In this document: piece after piece, positions 1 through 11,976 of the stretch
Layout: every line of letters begins with the position of its first letter
How positions within the stretch are numbered: the stretch's first letter is position 1
Origin: Octopus sinensis
Lineage: Eukaryota
Assembly (NCBI RefSeq): GCF_006345805.1
Contig: NC_043009.1
Span: 13,640,001-13,704,000, forward strand
Direction of reading: 5' to 3'
DNA: 64,000 nucleotides
The notes under the pieces: model-generated
Seen by the model: the letters and a program-made list of their open reading frames with translations, nothing else
What the model was told of the DNA's origin: nothing
Databases searched by the model: none
Translations under genes and position numbers: made by a program

Positions 1-99
1 TATTCGGGTATCCTGAAACAACCTTAAAATCTCTCAGGCAACTACGCGCTCTGAATTCCATTGCCGCTAATGCCAACTTCACATTTCATTCTTTCTGGG

Positions 100-415
100 T
101 CACAGAAATAAAGTACCAGTTGTACGTGGTGGATTATCAGGATGGTTAGAACGACAGATGTGATGCTTCACCGAATTATTTCCGTCTATTTTTGTTTCAG
201 CTACTTCAACACTAACAGTCGGTTCTTGGGTGGAGTTAGCAGAGCTGGTAATATTGTAAAGATCAGTCTTAATCTCATGTTTTGAGGATACTCTCCTTTC
301 ACAATCCAAGAAACCGTGGCGATTTTCCCTAACTAAATGGCAACAGCAACGTGAGCACTGTGATTGAGCAAAGGGCAAGAATCTCAAGCTGGAGCATCTT
401 TGAACATGTCTACTA
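100..415 (-). CDS. Candidate terminal coding exon of an unidentified host gene
   Basis: Non-repetitive ~105-codon open frame (RHVQRCSSLRFLPFAQSQCSRCCCHLV...TGTLFL*) with a possible TATTTTAG acceptor just inside its start. No family recognised. Confidence 0.3.
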
Positions 416-789
416 AAATACATTTAATGAGAAGTAAATTAACCTCATTCTAAAGATAAATCAGATGGTAGATGGTCAAATGAAGCTTCATAGTGAAATG
501 AGATTATATGTTACTGTGGAGGAAGTTAATGGAATCTTACAATACTTACATTTTCAAATTAAATACACTTAAGTTTCAATCTTACGATATGCCTCATGAT
601 CAAATATACATAATTTCATTCCTAATTAAATCAATGCATTCACCTTCTCTGCAAATGAATCTATACTCATGTATGTGGTAGGTACACTGCAGAGTTTTGA
701 GAATGTTTAGGAAAGGCAGGTATAACTGGCGTAGATTATTAGAATTTTAGAATATCATTACTCTATATCTGCTTATGGATTAACTTGTG

Positions 790-1690
790 TGAGTCGAGGA
801 TCTGTTTTTTTTTGTTTGCCCAAGAGGTTCAAGAACGAACAGTAGAGAGGAGGTGAAAGACAATGAGATGTACATCAGAATATCACAGCTAACTGAGAAA
901 ATTTTGAATATCCTGGATGAAGACCGTTGTGTGTCTATAAAGATAATAAGCATACAGTTTAGACATGGTGTGTGTTTTGTATATAGAATTATTCATGAAG
1001 ATCTGAAAATGTGCAATGCTCGTTCCCATGGTGCTCAGTGACGAACAGAAATGCATTGGAGACAGCAGGGGGACAGTTGATTATAGCTTATTACCTCAAA
1101 CCCAAGAGCAATTAAGTATCTGTTGACCTGTGACGAAAGCTGTATCTACTGCTCTGATCTACTGTTAAGATCCAGAGGCTAATAGATGGTGTACTCAATG
1201 CAAGCATCAGGGCTTCGTCAAACATAAAATGGTCAGGCAAAGCAAGTCCACTGGGACGCTCATGATGATCCTATTTTCACTCAGCAAAGTATCAACTAAA
1301 TCCATTGGTCTCTCTCTGGCCAGATGGTTAACAAAGAGTACTTTGGGAATTTTTTGTGGGCAGTCAGGAAGAGATTTCGGCTCAAAAGACCAGAACTCTT
1401 CCACTCGGGTCGGTAGCTCCTACACAGGACAATAAAACAATCCACAATTCCATCCTGGTAACCAACTACTTTTCAGAGATGAGTCAAAACCTTAAGCCTT
1501 GTGAGATTATTTGTTCCCAAAGCTGAAGAGTCTGAGAAGCAGTCATGAAGACTTTGAGAAGATATAGGAGTTTGTGACAAGGTTCCCGGACACCCTGTAG
1601 GACTTCCATGGCGCCTTTACAACGTGACTGGTGCGCTAAAACAAGTTCATTGAAGTCAGAGGTTCTTACTTTGAAGGAGATTAAAGATTA
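790..1690 (+). pseudogene. Degenerate mariner-type transposase remnant
   Basis: Frame-broken motifs DEDRCVSI, LLTCDESCIYC, RQSKSTGTLMMI, RPELFHSGR, LFPKLK and GSYFEGD follow mariner transposase order. TIRs not found. Confidence 0.75.
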
Positions 1691-2150
1691 GATTGCAGCC
1701 CGGTCAGCTAGGAGGATACGCGTTTGGGAGAAACTGATCATGAAGATTGGCATGTGCCTGTGCTTGGCTTTTCCTAGCCTTATGAAACAGCGCAGAGTCT
1801 TGTTGGAAGAGGTACGGTCTTCCATAGTGTGAATTTAATATCCAAGTCTTTACAAATTTCTCCATGACCTCTGTATAAACAGCTTCATCGAATATTATGT
1901 CTTGTTGCTGACGACTTCCAGAACCATCATAGTTGCTAGAAACTTAGTATTCATGACAGTTGCAATCTCATTCGTTTCTCTGCATAACCATCAGGTAACA
2001 TTCAGGATGCAAGCTATATCTGTGTCACGCTGGTGCACTTTTAAGGAAATGATTTTTATTTTGCTGTCTTAATGTGATGACTGACATTATTTATCAAGAC
2101 ATACAAGGAGGTGAGAGCTTTTGAAAGATGTGTCCTCAAAAATCTGACGC
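1690..2150 (-). pseudogene. Degenerate maT (DD37D-like) Tc1/mariner transposase remnant
   Basis: Minus strand reads KFLATMMVLEVVS...YTEVMEKFVKTWI...GRPYLFQQDSALFHKARKSQ...YPPS*PGCN. Spacing from the QQD aspartate fits DD37D. Confidence 0.6.
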
Positions 2151-2300
2151 ATGTTATATAATGTTGTATATGGCTTTCGAAATACTAGTTTGACATTCTA
2201 CAGATGAACTCGCACTATACATACATAAATACTTGCATACACAAATACACACAAACACACACACACACACACACAGACACGCACATAGACATATATATAT

Positions 2301-2507
2301 AGACGCAGGCGTGGCTGTGTGGTGAGAAGCTTTCTTCCCAACAACGTGGTTTCGAGTTTAGTCCCACTGCGTGGCATCTTAAGCAGGGCTCTTGTGCTAT
2401 AACCTCGGGCTGACCAAAGTCTTGAGTGTGGATTTGGTTGACGGAAACTAAAAGAAGCCAGTATGTATGTATGTATGTATGTATATATATATATATATAT
2501 ATATATA

Positions 2508-2553
<46 letters not shown>

Positions 2554-2712
2554 TATATGTATATTCATATATTTGTATATATATGTTTGTGTCTGTGTCT
2601 GTCTCCCGCACTATCGCTTGACAACCAATGATGACGTGCTTATATCGCCGAAACCTAGCGGCTCAGCAAAAGGGACGATAGAGTAAATCCTGGGGCCGAC
2701 TGACTGAAACAC
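2301..2712 (+). mobile_element. tRNA-derived SINE, family A (bipartite, central microsatellite)
   Basis: Head GTGGCTGTGTGGT...GTTTAGTCCCACTGCGTGGC and 3' half CGCTTGACAACC...GACTGAAAC are shared with copies at 7.2, 8.9 and 22.5 kb. Confidence 0.85.
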
Positions 2713-3344
2713 GTGTGCGTATGTGTGTGTATGTGTATATATATATATCTTGAGTATGAATAGTTTCACCTCTGAAAAAATCGATAGAAGAAAATTCGGA
2801 TTATTAACTCCGTTTCATCTATTATAAATGCAATCAAAATGGAAAAAGAACAATAATTTCATAATTTTGGTTAGTTGTAATTTATTTCATGATTTAATCA
2901 AACTGTTCAAATTGCTCCGCTTCATAATGATTAATCGCTTCTGATCGATACGAAATATAATTGGACGAAATTAAAATCATTATAACTGATGCCAATTGGT
3001 TACAAATTGTCCGCGAATAGGACGAACCTCGATAGACGTCATATATTTGTTAATATATTTATTGATACATATATATATATATATACTTATCCTCATGTGT
3101 GAGTGCGTGCGTGTTTGTGTATGTGTGTATGTGTGTATGTGTGTATGTGTGTGATGGTGCATGTATGTATCCATGATTTTATAGGTATATGGAGGGTATT
3201 AATAAACATTAAATATTATAAACCTTTTAACTAATAATTAGTAATGCATTAACCTCCGTTGCTGAATTGCAATCGTAATTCACCGCATATATATACATAC
3301 ATACATACACACGCACACATACATATACATTGATGCATACATGC

Positions 3345-3391
<47 letters not shown>

Positions 3392-3425
3392 TAATATATA
3401 TTATATCTTTATGTATGTATGTATG

Positions 3426-3456
<31 letters not shown>

Positions 3457-4399
3457 TTATATAATGAGAATGATACTTGTGATTACGAAAGAAATAAAAT
3501 GTACGAATAACTCCACAATCGAATGTGATGTTTAATAAGTTTATTTCGGCTGAAATGAGGATAACCGTCTCAAAGATTAGCCCTTCAGTCTGGCCATATA
3601 CTCTGAAAGGGCTATATGTCAACAGTGCAACCTATCTAGCTATATATCTATCTATCTACCTATCTATCTATTTATCTATCTATCTGTCTATCGATCTATC
3701 TACTCAGACACAGGCGTTTCCACCGGAGTTAGCTCCTATCAGGGGAAGATATAACAACGATGTTATGATAAGAACCCTGCCGCCTATGCGTAGATTTGCA
3801 GCTATATGCTTCTAACTGGTCCGGTTTGCACACGTCACCGCTTCTCTATCGCCATAGGACTTTCATCTGTAACAATGACAGATGAGAAGAAGGAAAAAGA
3901 GACACCGCTGAATAATAATGGCAAACGCTTGTACTAAACGAACACCACTTTCTAAGTCTGGTGACAAGCTTAGGACAGATGACCAGTAATCAGATCAACT
4001 GCAGGTTTGATTTCAAGTTTTCCTCTTTTGGAAGGAAACTGTAACAACAGCTTGGAGTCCTTCACTCCCAGTAGATTTACTTTTCTTTAAAAGAAAATAG
4101 GTATGTAATTTTAGAATGTGAATAAGTTTTAAATACAAATATTATATATTTGTGTGTGTATGTGAGTGTGTGTAAAGTACGAATATGTTTACATATATAA
4201 GAATATATAAAAAAAAACGATGCATACATATTTACATATAATTGTTGGATGGCTGTTGAATACTCATAAGTTCCTCCGCCCTTTGACGGGTCATTTTTCG
4301 TCCTGCACGGTGTCCAACAATCAAGCGTAGTGGGGTTGCCAGTTTAGTCGCTGACGACAACATCATGTAACAGGTTGTACTGGATTACAAGTACAAGAG

Positions 4400-4575
4400 C
4401 GACATGACATATTTTAAAATTGATCGCTTACCAAATTATAATGAGGTTAAAATGGCCATCAATCATTTAAACACAGGTAATGCACCTAAATGATATAGAA
4501 TTCCTGTGGGACGGTTAAAGGTTATTAATAAGAAAATAACACAAACAATACTTCATCTCACCACAGAGTGCTGGG
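4400..4575 (+). mobile_element. RTE-like LINE RT N-terminal fragment
   Basis: LPNYNEVKMAINHLNTGNAPK*YRIP and LHLTTECWDRTPIP resemble the EV.AI..LK.GKAPG.DGIP / CW....IP region of APE-type LINEs. Confidence 0.45.
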
Positions 4576-5425
4576 ATAGAACTCCTATTCCACATTTTTG
4601 TCGATAGTAAACTGTATCGAACATGAAATAGTTGTTCAGTAGGATGAATTTGAGTACTGCGATTATGAATGTGCTTAATGCGTCCTGGGATCTCTTCTGG
4701 GTATTTTTCTAGCCAGATGGTGATCGCTTTTAAGCCATAGTCGTGTGGAATATTGGTGTACAAATTCACCACATCGAATGATACTAACAGGGTTCCTTCA
4801 TTTCTTGTCTTCGGGAGAAGGTTCAGCATGTCTAAGTCATCCCTGATGATGCTTTTCACATATTTTAGAAACGGTTTAAGTAAGATGTCCAGGAATTTGC
4901 TCAAACGGTGGATTTCACAAGAAGGGCCAACGATATTGGGTCTCAGTCTGAGGTCAGTAGGGGGGGGGGACATTAATGCATAGGCTTGGAGAAACTTTGC
5001 AGCTTTACAAATATGTGGATTTTTGTGTATTTTAGGTAATCCGTAGAATAGACAAGGACTGTATTGAAAATTGGATAAATACTCTATTTCATGTTTAGTG
5101 AGACCCTTTTCAAGTATTTGAAGTACGGAGGGTAAGTTTTTAAGTGTCTTCTGTGAGTTGTATTGTATTATCTTCTCATAGTAAATATTATTTTCCAACA
5201 TGGAGAGTATTAAATTTTTGTAGTACTCTGTGTCCGTCACCACTACTGCACTTCCTTTGTCGGCTTCTTTAATGGTGAGGGTCATATCATTTTTTAACTC
5301 GATTAGGTTTTTCCATTCATTTACATTAAGGTTGGATTTAATTTGTTGATTTTGTAGGGTATTAAAAGGTAAACTGGTAATGTGTTCACAAAAAGCATCA
5401 AGTGCTTTATTTCTTCTTTTTGTGG
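4575..5425 (-). mobile_element. Penelope-like element RT fragment (second, diverged family)
   Basis: ORF 4515..5285 has TIKEADKGSAVVV, FYGLPKIHK, LRPNIVGP and LLVSFDVVNLYTNIP; after a frameshift LKFILLNNYFMFDTVYYRQK. Colinear with, but diverged from, the 49.5-51.1 kb protein. Confidence 0.9.
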
Positions 5426-5579
5426 GACAGTATATATATATTATTCAAAGGAATTCCAGCTCTGTTTTTTATGTTTTATTTATATTTTTATTAACATCAA
5501 TATAAATATAACATGAAAAAACAGAGTTGGAATTCATTTGAATAATATATATATCTATACACAATCATACAAGCCCCTT

Positions 5580-5585
<6 letters not shown>
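5425..5585 (-). repeat. Hairpin mini-element, copy 1
   Basis: TATTATTCAAAGGAATTCCA...TGGAATTCATTTGAATAATA palindrome plus flank CTATACACAATCATACAAGCCCCTTT, homologous in reverse to 8172-8358. Confidence 0.75.
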
Positions 5586-5649
<64 letters not shown>

Positions 5650-5819
5650 CCACATTTTAACATCTTTAATAAAAGAGCATATTACTCTACATTTGGTATT
5701 CGAGTACTTGTTATGTATGTATGTGCTTATTTCTCTGTGTGTGTGTGTGTGTTGTCGTAGACGACAGATTTATAGATTTGTATTCTGCAATTTTTATATG
5801 AAAGACCTGTGCAATTGGT

Positions 5820-6035
5820 TTGATAATCAAATGTTTGTGTTGCGCTTTAGCGCCCCCACCTCCAACAAATCAATATTCCCCCAGCTTGCATTATATGTCA
5901 TATATTGCATGCCGAGGTAGTTGGAGAGCAATGTGAAATGAAACGTTTTCCCCAAGAACACGGTACACCATCCTGTCCAGGAATCGAAATCACGTTCTCG
6001 TGCCCATGTGTGCAGCAAATTAACCGTAGACCACC
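5820..6035 (-). mobile_element. Degenerate SINE fragment
   Basis: GGAGAGCAATGTGAAATGAAACGTTTTCCCCAAGAACAC...GGAATCGAA resembles the fragment at 13945-14065 and has a reverse-complement B-box. Confidence 0.5.
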
Positions 6036-6289
6036 TTGACATTGATATACATATTCTCTCTCTCTCCCTCTCCCTCTCTCACACACACATACACACACAT
6101 GCACACACAAACACACAAACATTGACATGAGTGCGTACATTCCTGTGTGCGCGTTTATATATAGGTATATATATGTTTGTGTGGGCATGTGTGAGAGAGA
6201 GGGGAAAAAGAGAGGGAGAATGTGTAAGTGTGTGTGTGGGTGCGTGAGAGAGAGAGAGAAAAACACAGCAGAAATCGAGAGAGCGAGAG

Positions 6290-6520
6290 AGAGAGAGATA
6301 GTGTGTGTGTGAGATAAAGAGAGAGAGGGATAGTATGTGTGTGTGTGTGACAGAGAGAGAGAGAGTGAGATAGTGTGTGTGTGTGTGACAGAGAGAGAGA
6401 GAGATATGTAGTGTGTGTGTGTGTGACAGAGAGAGAGAGATAGTATGAGTGTGTGACAGAGAGAGAGATAGATAGAGATAGAGACAGTGTGTGTGTATGT
6501 GTGTGTGTGTTTGTGCGACT
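6290..6520. repeat. Compound (GT)n-CA-(GA)n-TAG higher-order microsatellite
   Basis: About six ~30-bp units of GTGTGTGTGACAGAGAGAGAGATA are visible directly. Confidence 0.8.
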
Positions 6521-7239
6521 GTGTGTGTTACTATTAGCTCACAGCAGAACTGTATTTTGTTTAGAGGAATTCCATCATACTGTTCCATTCTCCTAGAAAC
6601 ATTACTAGGAATTGTTAAACTTGCCAAAGCAAAGTGTAACATAAATGATGGCATTTAATTTCAAAAACTTGTGTGCAGCTGTGAGTATGTTTTTTTTCAG
6701 GAATAATTCTTTGTCTGTGTTTGACCACAAGCGCGTGTTGGAATATCTCCTTGTGTGTTGAAGTGTGACTTCAAAAGAAGTGTCTGTTTGTGTACCTGTG
6801 AGTTAATGAATGCTACGTTACCATGTGAATATCAGTACGTATACGAATACGATCAATATCACACGCTATGCGCATACAGTAATATAACCTGTCTGTATGT
6901 GTGTGGGGGAGTTTGTGTGCATAACGTTTTTCGTTGGTTTCTGTGTTTCCGCCGTCGCAGTTGGAATGAGAATACGCAAATGTTAACGCACAAGCATTAT
7001 GTGAGTGTCTCGTAATTTTGCACGTATTTCGTGCCTGTGAAAATGTCTTTATTTCTATTTTGCTGTTATAATGCGATTTAGCACTTGCGCTAAATAGCAT
7101 TCACTCTGCCTCTATACATACATAAATACATACATATATACCGGCATGCATATATGCATGCATTTATACGTACATAAATACATACATACTACACACACAC
7201 ACATACACACACACACACACACATATATATATACTTACT

Positions 7240-7472
7240 CTTCTTTTTTACTCTTTTACTTGTTTCAGTCCTTTGACTGTGACCATGCTGGAGCACCACC
7301 TTCAGTCGAGCAAATCGACGCCAGGACTTATTCTTTGTAAGCCTAGTACTTACTCTAATGGTCGTTTTTGCCGAACCACTCAGTTACGGGGACGCAAACA
7401 CACCAGCATCGGTTGTCAAGCAATGTTGGGGGGCAAACACAGACACACAAACATACACACACACACACACTT

Positions 7473-7519
<47 letters not shown>

Positions 7520-7686
7520 CACGACGGGCTTTTTTCATTTTCCGTCTACCAAATCCACTCACAAGGCTTTGGTCGGCCCGAGGCTATAGTAGATAACACT
7601 TGCTCAGGGTACCATGCAGTGGGACTGAACCTGGAACCATGCGGTTGGTGAGCAAGCTACTTACCACACTGCGACTACTACGCCTG
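7240..7686 (-). mobile_element. tRNA-derived SINE, family A
   Basis: Reverse complement of the family A head and tail, with a central (CA)n(TA)n. Confidence 0.9.
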
Positions 7687-8171
7687 TTAACCAAAGTCGG
7701 GATGCGTGGCGTTCAGTAATTCCATTAATGAAAAAATACATTAAATACTACAATACGTACACGTAGGACAGACACCAGTGCCTTAAATACTTCATCAGTT
7801 ATCGACGGATTAATACTAATACCTAGTTGCATGCCTTTAACGATAACACAAGGAACTTCTTATATCGGTGGTGCCTGCAAAATTTGCGGAGAATTAGGGC
7901 TGGAGCAAACAAAACAATACAAGTTTGACGTACGAAAGTAAACAACTGTAATTTGAAACGATAGACGAAGACAATAAATACATATAAGCATTGGTGCCAA
8001 ACACGAGAATGATGGATTAACGCCTGGGAGAAATCCTCAAATGGATATAGAGAACAGAATTGCGAAGTGAAAATAGGGAATCATTCGGCATCTTCAAAAG
8101 ACCATGGTTTTCCAAAAGGTCGTCATTGTCCAGATGATTTCCGAAAACAATAAGGACCATTTTGTGTAGAC

Positions 8172-8358
8172 ATGTAGGACATATATATAAAGGGGTTTGT
8201 ATGATTGTGTATAGAGGGATATATATTATTCAAAGGAATTCCAACTCTGTCTGTTTTTTTATGTTTTATTTATACTGATATTAATAAAAATTATAAATAA
8301 AACATAAAAAACAGACAGAGTTGGAATTCCTTTGAATAATATATATACTGTCCTACAT
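8172..8358 (+). repeat. Hairpin mini-element, copy 2 (MITE-like)
   Basis: Terminal ATGTAGGACA / TGTCCTACAT inverted repeat, plus an inner ~54-bp near-perfect hairpin (8221-8274 vs 8292-8346). Confidence 0.8.
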
Positions 8359-8399
8359 TTATATTGATTTCTGGTCTACATTGAAGCAATCCAAGCAAT

Positions 8400-8800
8400 C
8401 CATGAAACTGAATGCAGATTCAGAATATTCCTAGAACAAAGGCTATCGAGAACATGCGCACATGTATCTAGTAAATAATAGCTTTAGCTCGAGGATTAAT
8501 CTTACTGCTGCCGTATGCAATAACCTGATACGCGGGAAGTCTTTCTCTGACCCTATGGCTCATTTTGTGAGGCTTCCATTGAGATGCTCATTGGTCATGT
8601 CCTACTGCTATATACGTTGTTCTGGGACCCACAGCATGTTTCCAGTATGTGTTGAGATATCGTTTGACATTTATCGATACACTGAGGCAGAACGCAGATT
8701 TTGATCCTAGACACGAACTGAAGGTGGCGATGGTTCGTGATCTTTGGTGAAATAGCTGTTTTCGATATCAGCGTGGGAGCCCAGTCAAAGTAAAAATAAG
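8400..8800 (-). mobile_element. Possible RTE-like LINE C-terminal remnant
   Basis: Minus strand DMTNEHLNGSLTK...VRERL weakly resembles the MTNE.LYG.LPK...RRL thumb region of RTE elements. Heavily decayed. Confidence 0.35.
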
Positions 8801-8902
8801 TTTTGCAAGATTTAATTTTGTCTTATCGAATGACCAAATGCGTCCTCAAATATCACTCACTATGTGCATGTGTATTTGTTTGCATATAATTGCATATATA
8901 TA

Positions 8903-9300
8903 TTGGCTGCGTGGTAAAAAGCTTGCTTCCCAACGATATGGTTCTGCGTTTAGTCACACTGCGTGGCACCTTGGGCAAGTGATATCTACTAGAGCCTCAA
9001 GCCGACCAAAGCCTTGTGAGTAGATTTGGTAGAGGGAAACAGAAAGAAATCCATTGTGTATATGTCATGTATGTATTTATGTCCGTGTGTCTGTGTTTGT
9101 TCCCACACCATCGCCTGACAACGGATGCCAGCATGTTTATACTCCCGTAAACTAGCGGCTCAGCAAAAGGGAGCCATAGAATAAATATTAGGCTTGCAAA
9201 GAATAAGTCCTTGTATAGATTTCTTCGACTAAAACCGTTTAAGGTGGTGCTCCAGCATGGCTGCAGTCAAAATGACTGAAACACGTAAAAGAATAAAATA
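8903..9300 (+). mobile_element. tRNA-derived SINE, family A
   Basis: Homologous head (GGCTGCGTGGTAAAAAGCTTGCTTCCCAAC) and tail (CCAGCATGGCTGCAGTCAAAATGACTGAAAC). Confidence 0.85.
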
Positions 9301-9754
9301 ATATACATAGAGACAGACACACGCAAGCACGCTCGCACACTCGCATACACACACACACACACGCACACACACATACCAAGGGTAACAGCTGTAGTGTGTG
9401 AGTGTATGCGAGCGTGTGCACATTTCTGTTTCAGATTGGATAGACTGAATGTATAAGTATATGACAATGTGAGTGTTAGAGGATGCGTTTCGGTAGTCAT
9501 ACTTCTAGCAATTATTGTACGGAATCTTTGAGCTAGCATATGGTTAAAGATGTTCAATAATATTATTACTTCACATAAATAATATATATCACGTTTAATC
9601 ATATTCAAATTAAATTCACCTATCGTTAGACTTTGCATACATTCGTATTCTATAACTGTCCTTTGAAGAATGACTGCAATGAAAAATATTGTACGATTTA
9701 GCCGCATCAATTTATCATATATATTATATTTAACATATACATACATATACATTC

Positions 9755-9795
<41 letters not shown>

Positions 9796-9882
9796 TATAT
9801 ATATATTATATAATATAGATATTATATATATATATATATATATGAAAGAAAGTTTGAAAATGCAATTTTAAAAGATGTTTAT

Positions 9883-9928
9883 TTACTTTACCGGTTTCAC
9901 TTTTTAGAAAAAAGATTGTCAAAAGTAA
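9883..9928 (-). ncRNA. Hammerhead ribozyme motif, type I, U3-A8 variant
   Basis: Minus strand: ttactt TTGACAA tcttttttctaaaaagt GAAA CCGG TA aagtaa. 6-bp stem I, palindromic stem III. Confidence 0.65.
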
Positions 9929-10138
9929 CATGTAAAAGCTTGGTTGTGTTAGTAACTGGTTGTCACAAAATACTACAATTCATATATACATTCTTTGATA
10001 ACAAGAACATGTTAAGAAGAGTTTACAAGGGAAAATCTTGGGAAAATATAAAAAGTTTAACAAATTCATCAAATAATGTACATATGTATTGCAGTATTTT
10101 GTGACAACCAGTTATTAACACAACCAAGCTTTTACATG

Positions 10139-10181
10139 TTACTTTTGACAATCTTTTTCTAAAAAGTGAAACCGGTAAAGA
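10139..10181 (+). ncRNA. Hammerhead ribozyme motif, type I, U3-A8 variant
   Basis: ctt TTGACAA tctttttctaaaaagt GAAA CCGG TA aag. Confidence 0.6.
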
Positions 10182-10267
10182 AAATAAACATCTTTTAAAA
10201 TTGCATTTTCAAACCTTCTTTCATATATAATTCCACTCGTGCGGTACCTTACAACACCACTTTGTTA

Positions 10268-10525
10268 TATATATATATATATATTTCATTTTCGGATTTG
10301 GTTTGCAAGATTCTTTGTATGAGTTCGTGTGTTGAAGCATATTCTGTTGTGTCTGGGGAGAGTCATTTTCTTTCTGTGCCTTGTAATGCAACAAACTCTA
10401 CGGTAAAATTTCCACTATTTTCTTATTTTTATTGTCCTAAATTTTTCGTTGCGTCTTGCAACATTTTCAATAGTCTTAACTCTTAGGCACAAAAAGAAAA
10501 TGACTCTCCCCAAACACAACAATAT
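10268..10525. mobile_element. Partial fold-back mini-element (same family as 37951-38272)
   Basis: GGATTTGGTTTGCAAGATTC...AATAGTCTTAACTC, followed by an inverted copy of its TGTTGTGTCTGGGGAGAGTCATTTTCTTT segment. (TA)n on both sides. Confidence 0.75.
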
Positions 10526-10572
10526 ATATATACATATATATATATACATATATATATATATTATATATATAT

Positions 10573-10606
<34 letters not shown>

Positions 10607-10675
10607 GGCGTGTATTATCTATGTATTGTATATGTATACACACCCACCCAAACACATACACACACACACTATATA

Positions 10676-10852
10676 TTAGGTTGGTGCATGATTATTGCGG
10701 GTCTTTTAATAAGAATTTTATTCAACAGAAATTAAAGTAGATGGTGAATATCTCCGGAATAATCATTTAAAGATGTTTTTGTTAAATGTTGCTATTGTTT
10801 TTGGTAATAAAATTTAGTGAAAAAAAGCCGCAATACGTATGTACCAACATTA
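10676..10852. mobile_element. Mariner-type MITE, copy 1
   Basis: TA-flanked imperfect TIRs TTAGGTTGGTGCATGATTATTGCGG / CCGCAATACGTATGTACCAACAT. Interior homologous to the copies at 14129 and 54325. Confidence 0.8.
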
Positions 10853-10878
10853 TATATATATATATTATATTATATCTA

Positions 10879-10912
<34 letters not shown>

Positions 10913-11200
10913 CACCGTGACCACCGTGACCGACCAGGCTATCAGATGTTGCTAGACATTGCTGGTCACAATGCGCTTCGCATTGCTTTAGCCTCCAAAT
11001 GACGTCACCCCGCTGGCTAAGCGAGCAGGCCAACAGAAGAGTGAGAGAAAGTTGTGGCGAAAGAGTACAGCAGGGATCGCCACCACCCCTGCCGGAGTTT
11101 CGTGGAGCTTTAGGTGTTTTCGCTCAATAAACCATCACAATCAAAACCGCAATCCTACAACCGCGAGTCCACTGCCCTAACCACTAGGCCATTGCGCCTC

Positions 11201-11203
<3 letters not shown>
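10913..11203 (-). mobile_element. tRNA-derived SINE, family B
   Basis: Minus-strand head GAGGCGCAATGGCCTAGTGGTTAGGGCAGTGGACTCGCGG has an A-box; tail of GGTCACGGT repeats. Confidence 0.7.
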
Positions 11204-11234
<31 letters not shown>

Positions 11235-11414
11235 TACATTAAAAGGCCTCTAAAGGTATCTAGTACTTGCTTCTTCTTTTAGAGCCCTTTTAATGTACTT
11301 ATATATGAATAACATATAGCCTAATAGCTATTTGTCTTTTGTGCTAGATCACCGTAATAATAATTAGCTTTATTACCTTTTTACTATATATATATATATA
11401 TCTATATATATATA

Positions 11415-11469
<55 letters not shown>

Positions 11470-11976
11470 GAATGGAAGCAATACGAAAGGAAAACGGAAA
11501 ACTAGAAGAACATGACCTATTATCCAATAGAGTATTCAATATATATGTGTACTTTCTTCGACATTCATAAATCAATATAAAATTCGAACATAATATTAGT
11601 ATAAAAAACAAACAAGCATATAAACATATAAATATCTAATATTTAAAAATACGAAAATGTTTAAATATATTTTTAAATATTTAGGCATTTTAAAAATATA
11701 TAAACACATAGATACATTAATTGATATAAAAAAACGTCGATATGGTATGAGTTAAAAACTCGTAGGTATTTAATTATATTTAAAATGTACTCATAAATAT
11801 ATATTAATTCGCAGGCAATGTAGAAAACAGAATAATATAACACGGTGAATTATTAATTCAAACGATAAGATATAAGGGAATAACAATTTTCAGAGTTCAG
11901 TGGAAAGTTTGAAATTATAAAACATTAAAAGGATATGCTAACATACGAAGATAATGTTCAATGGATCCAAAAGTTT

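Larger units (their letters stand above)
9841..10230. mobile_element. Fold-back mini-element with twin U3-A8 hammerheads
   Basis: Arms ~9841-9995 and ~10075-10230 are reverse complements; (TA)n on the left flank. Confidence 0.8.

Noticed and set aside
3536-3595. Hammerhead on the minus strand (CTGAAG-GGCT...AGCC GAAA)
   Set aside because: A9 is missing, and neither stem I nor a convincing stem III/UH site can be formed.
7785-7800. CTGATGA on the minus strand
   Set aside because: No downstream stem II/GAAA partner.
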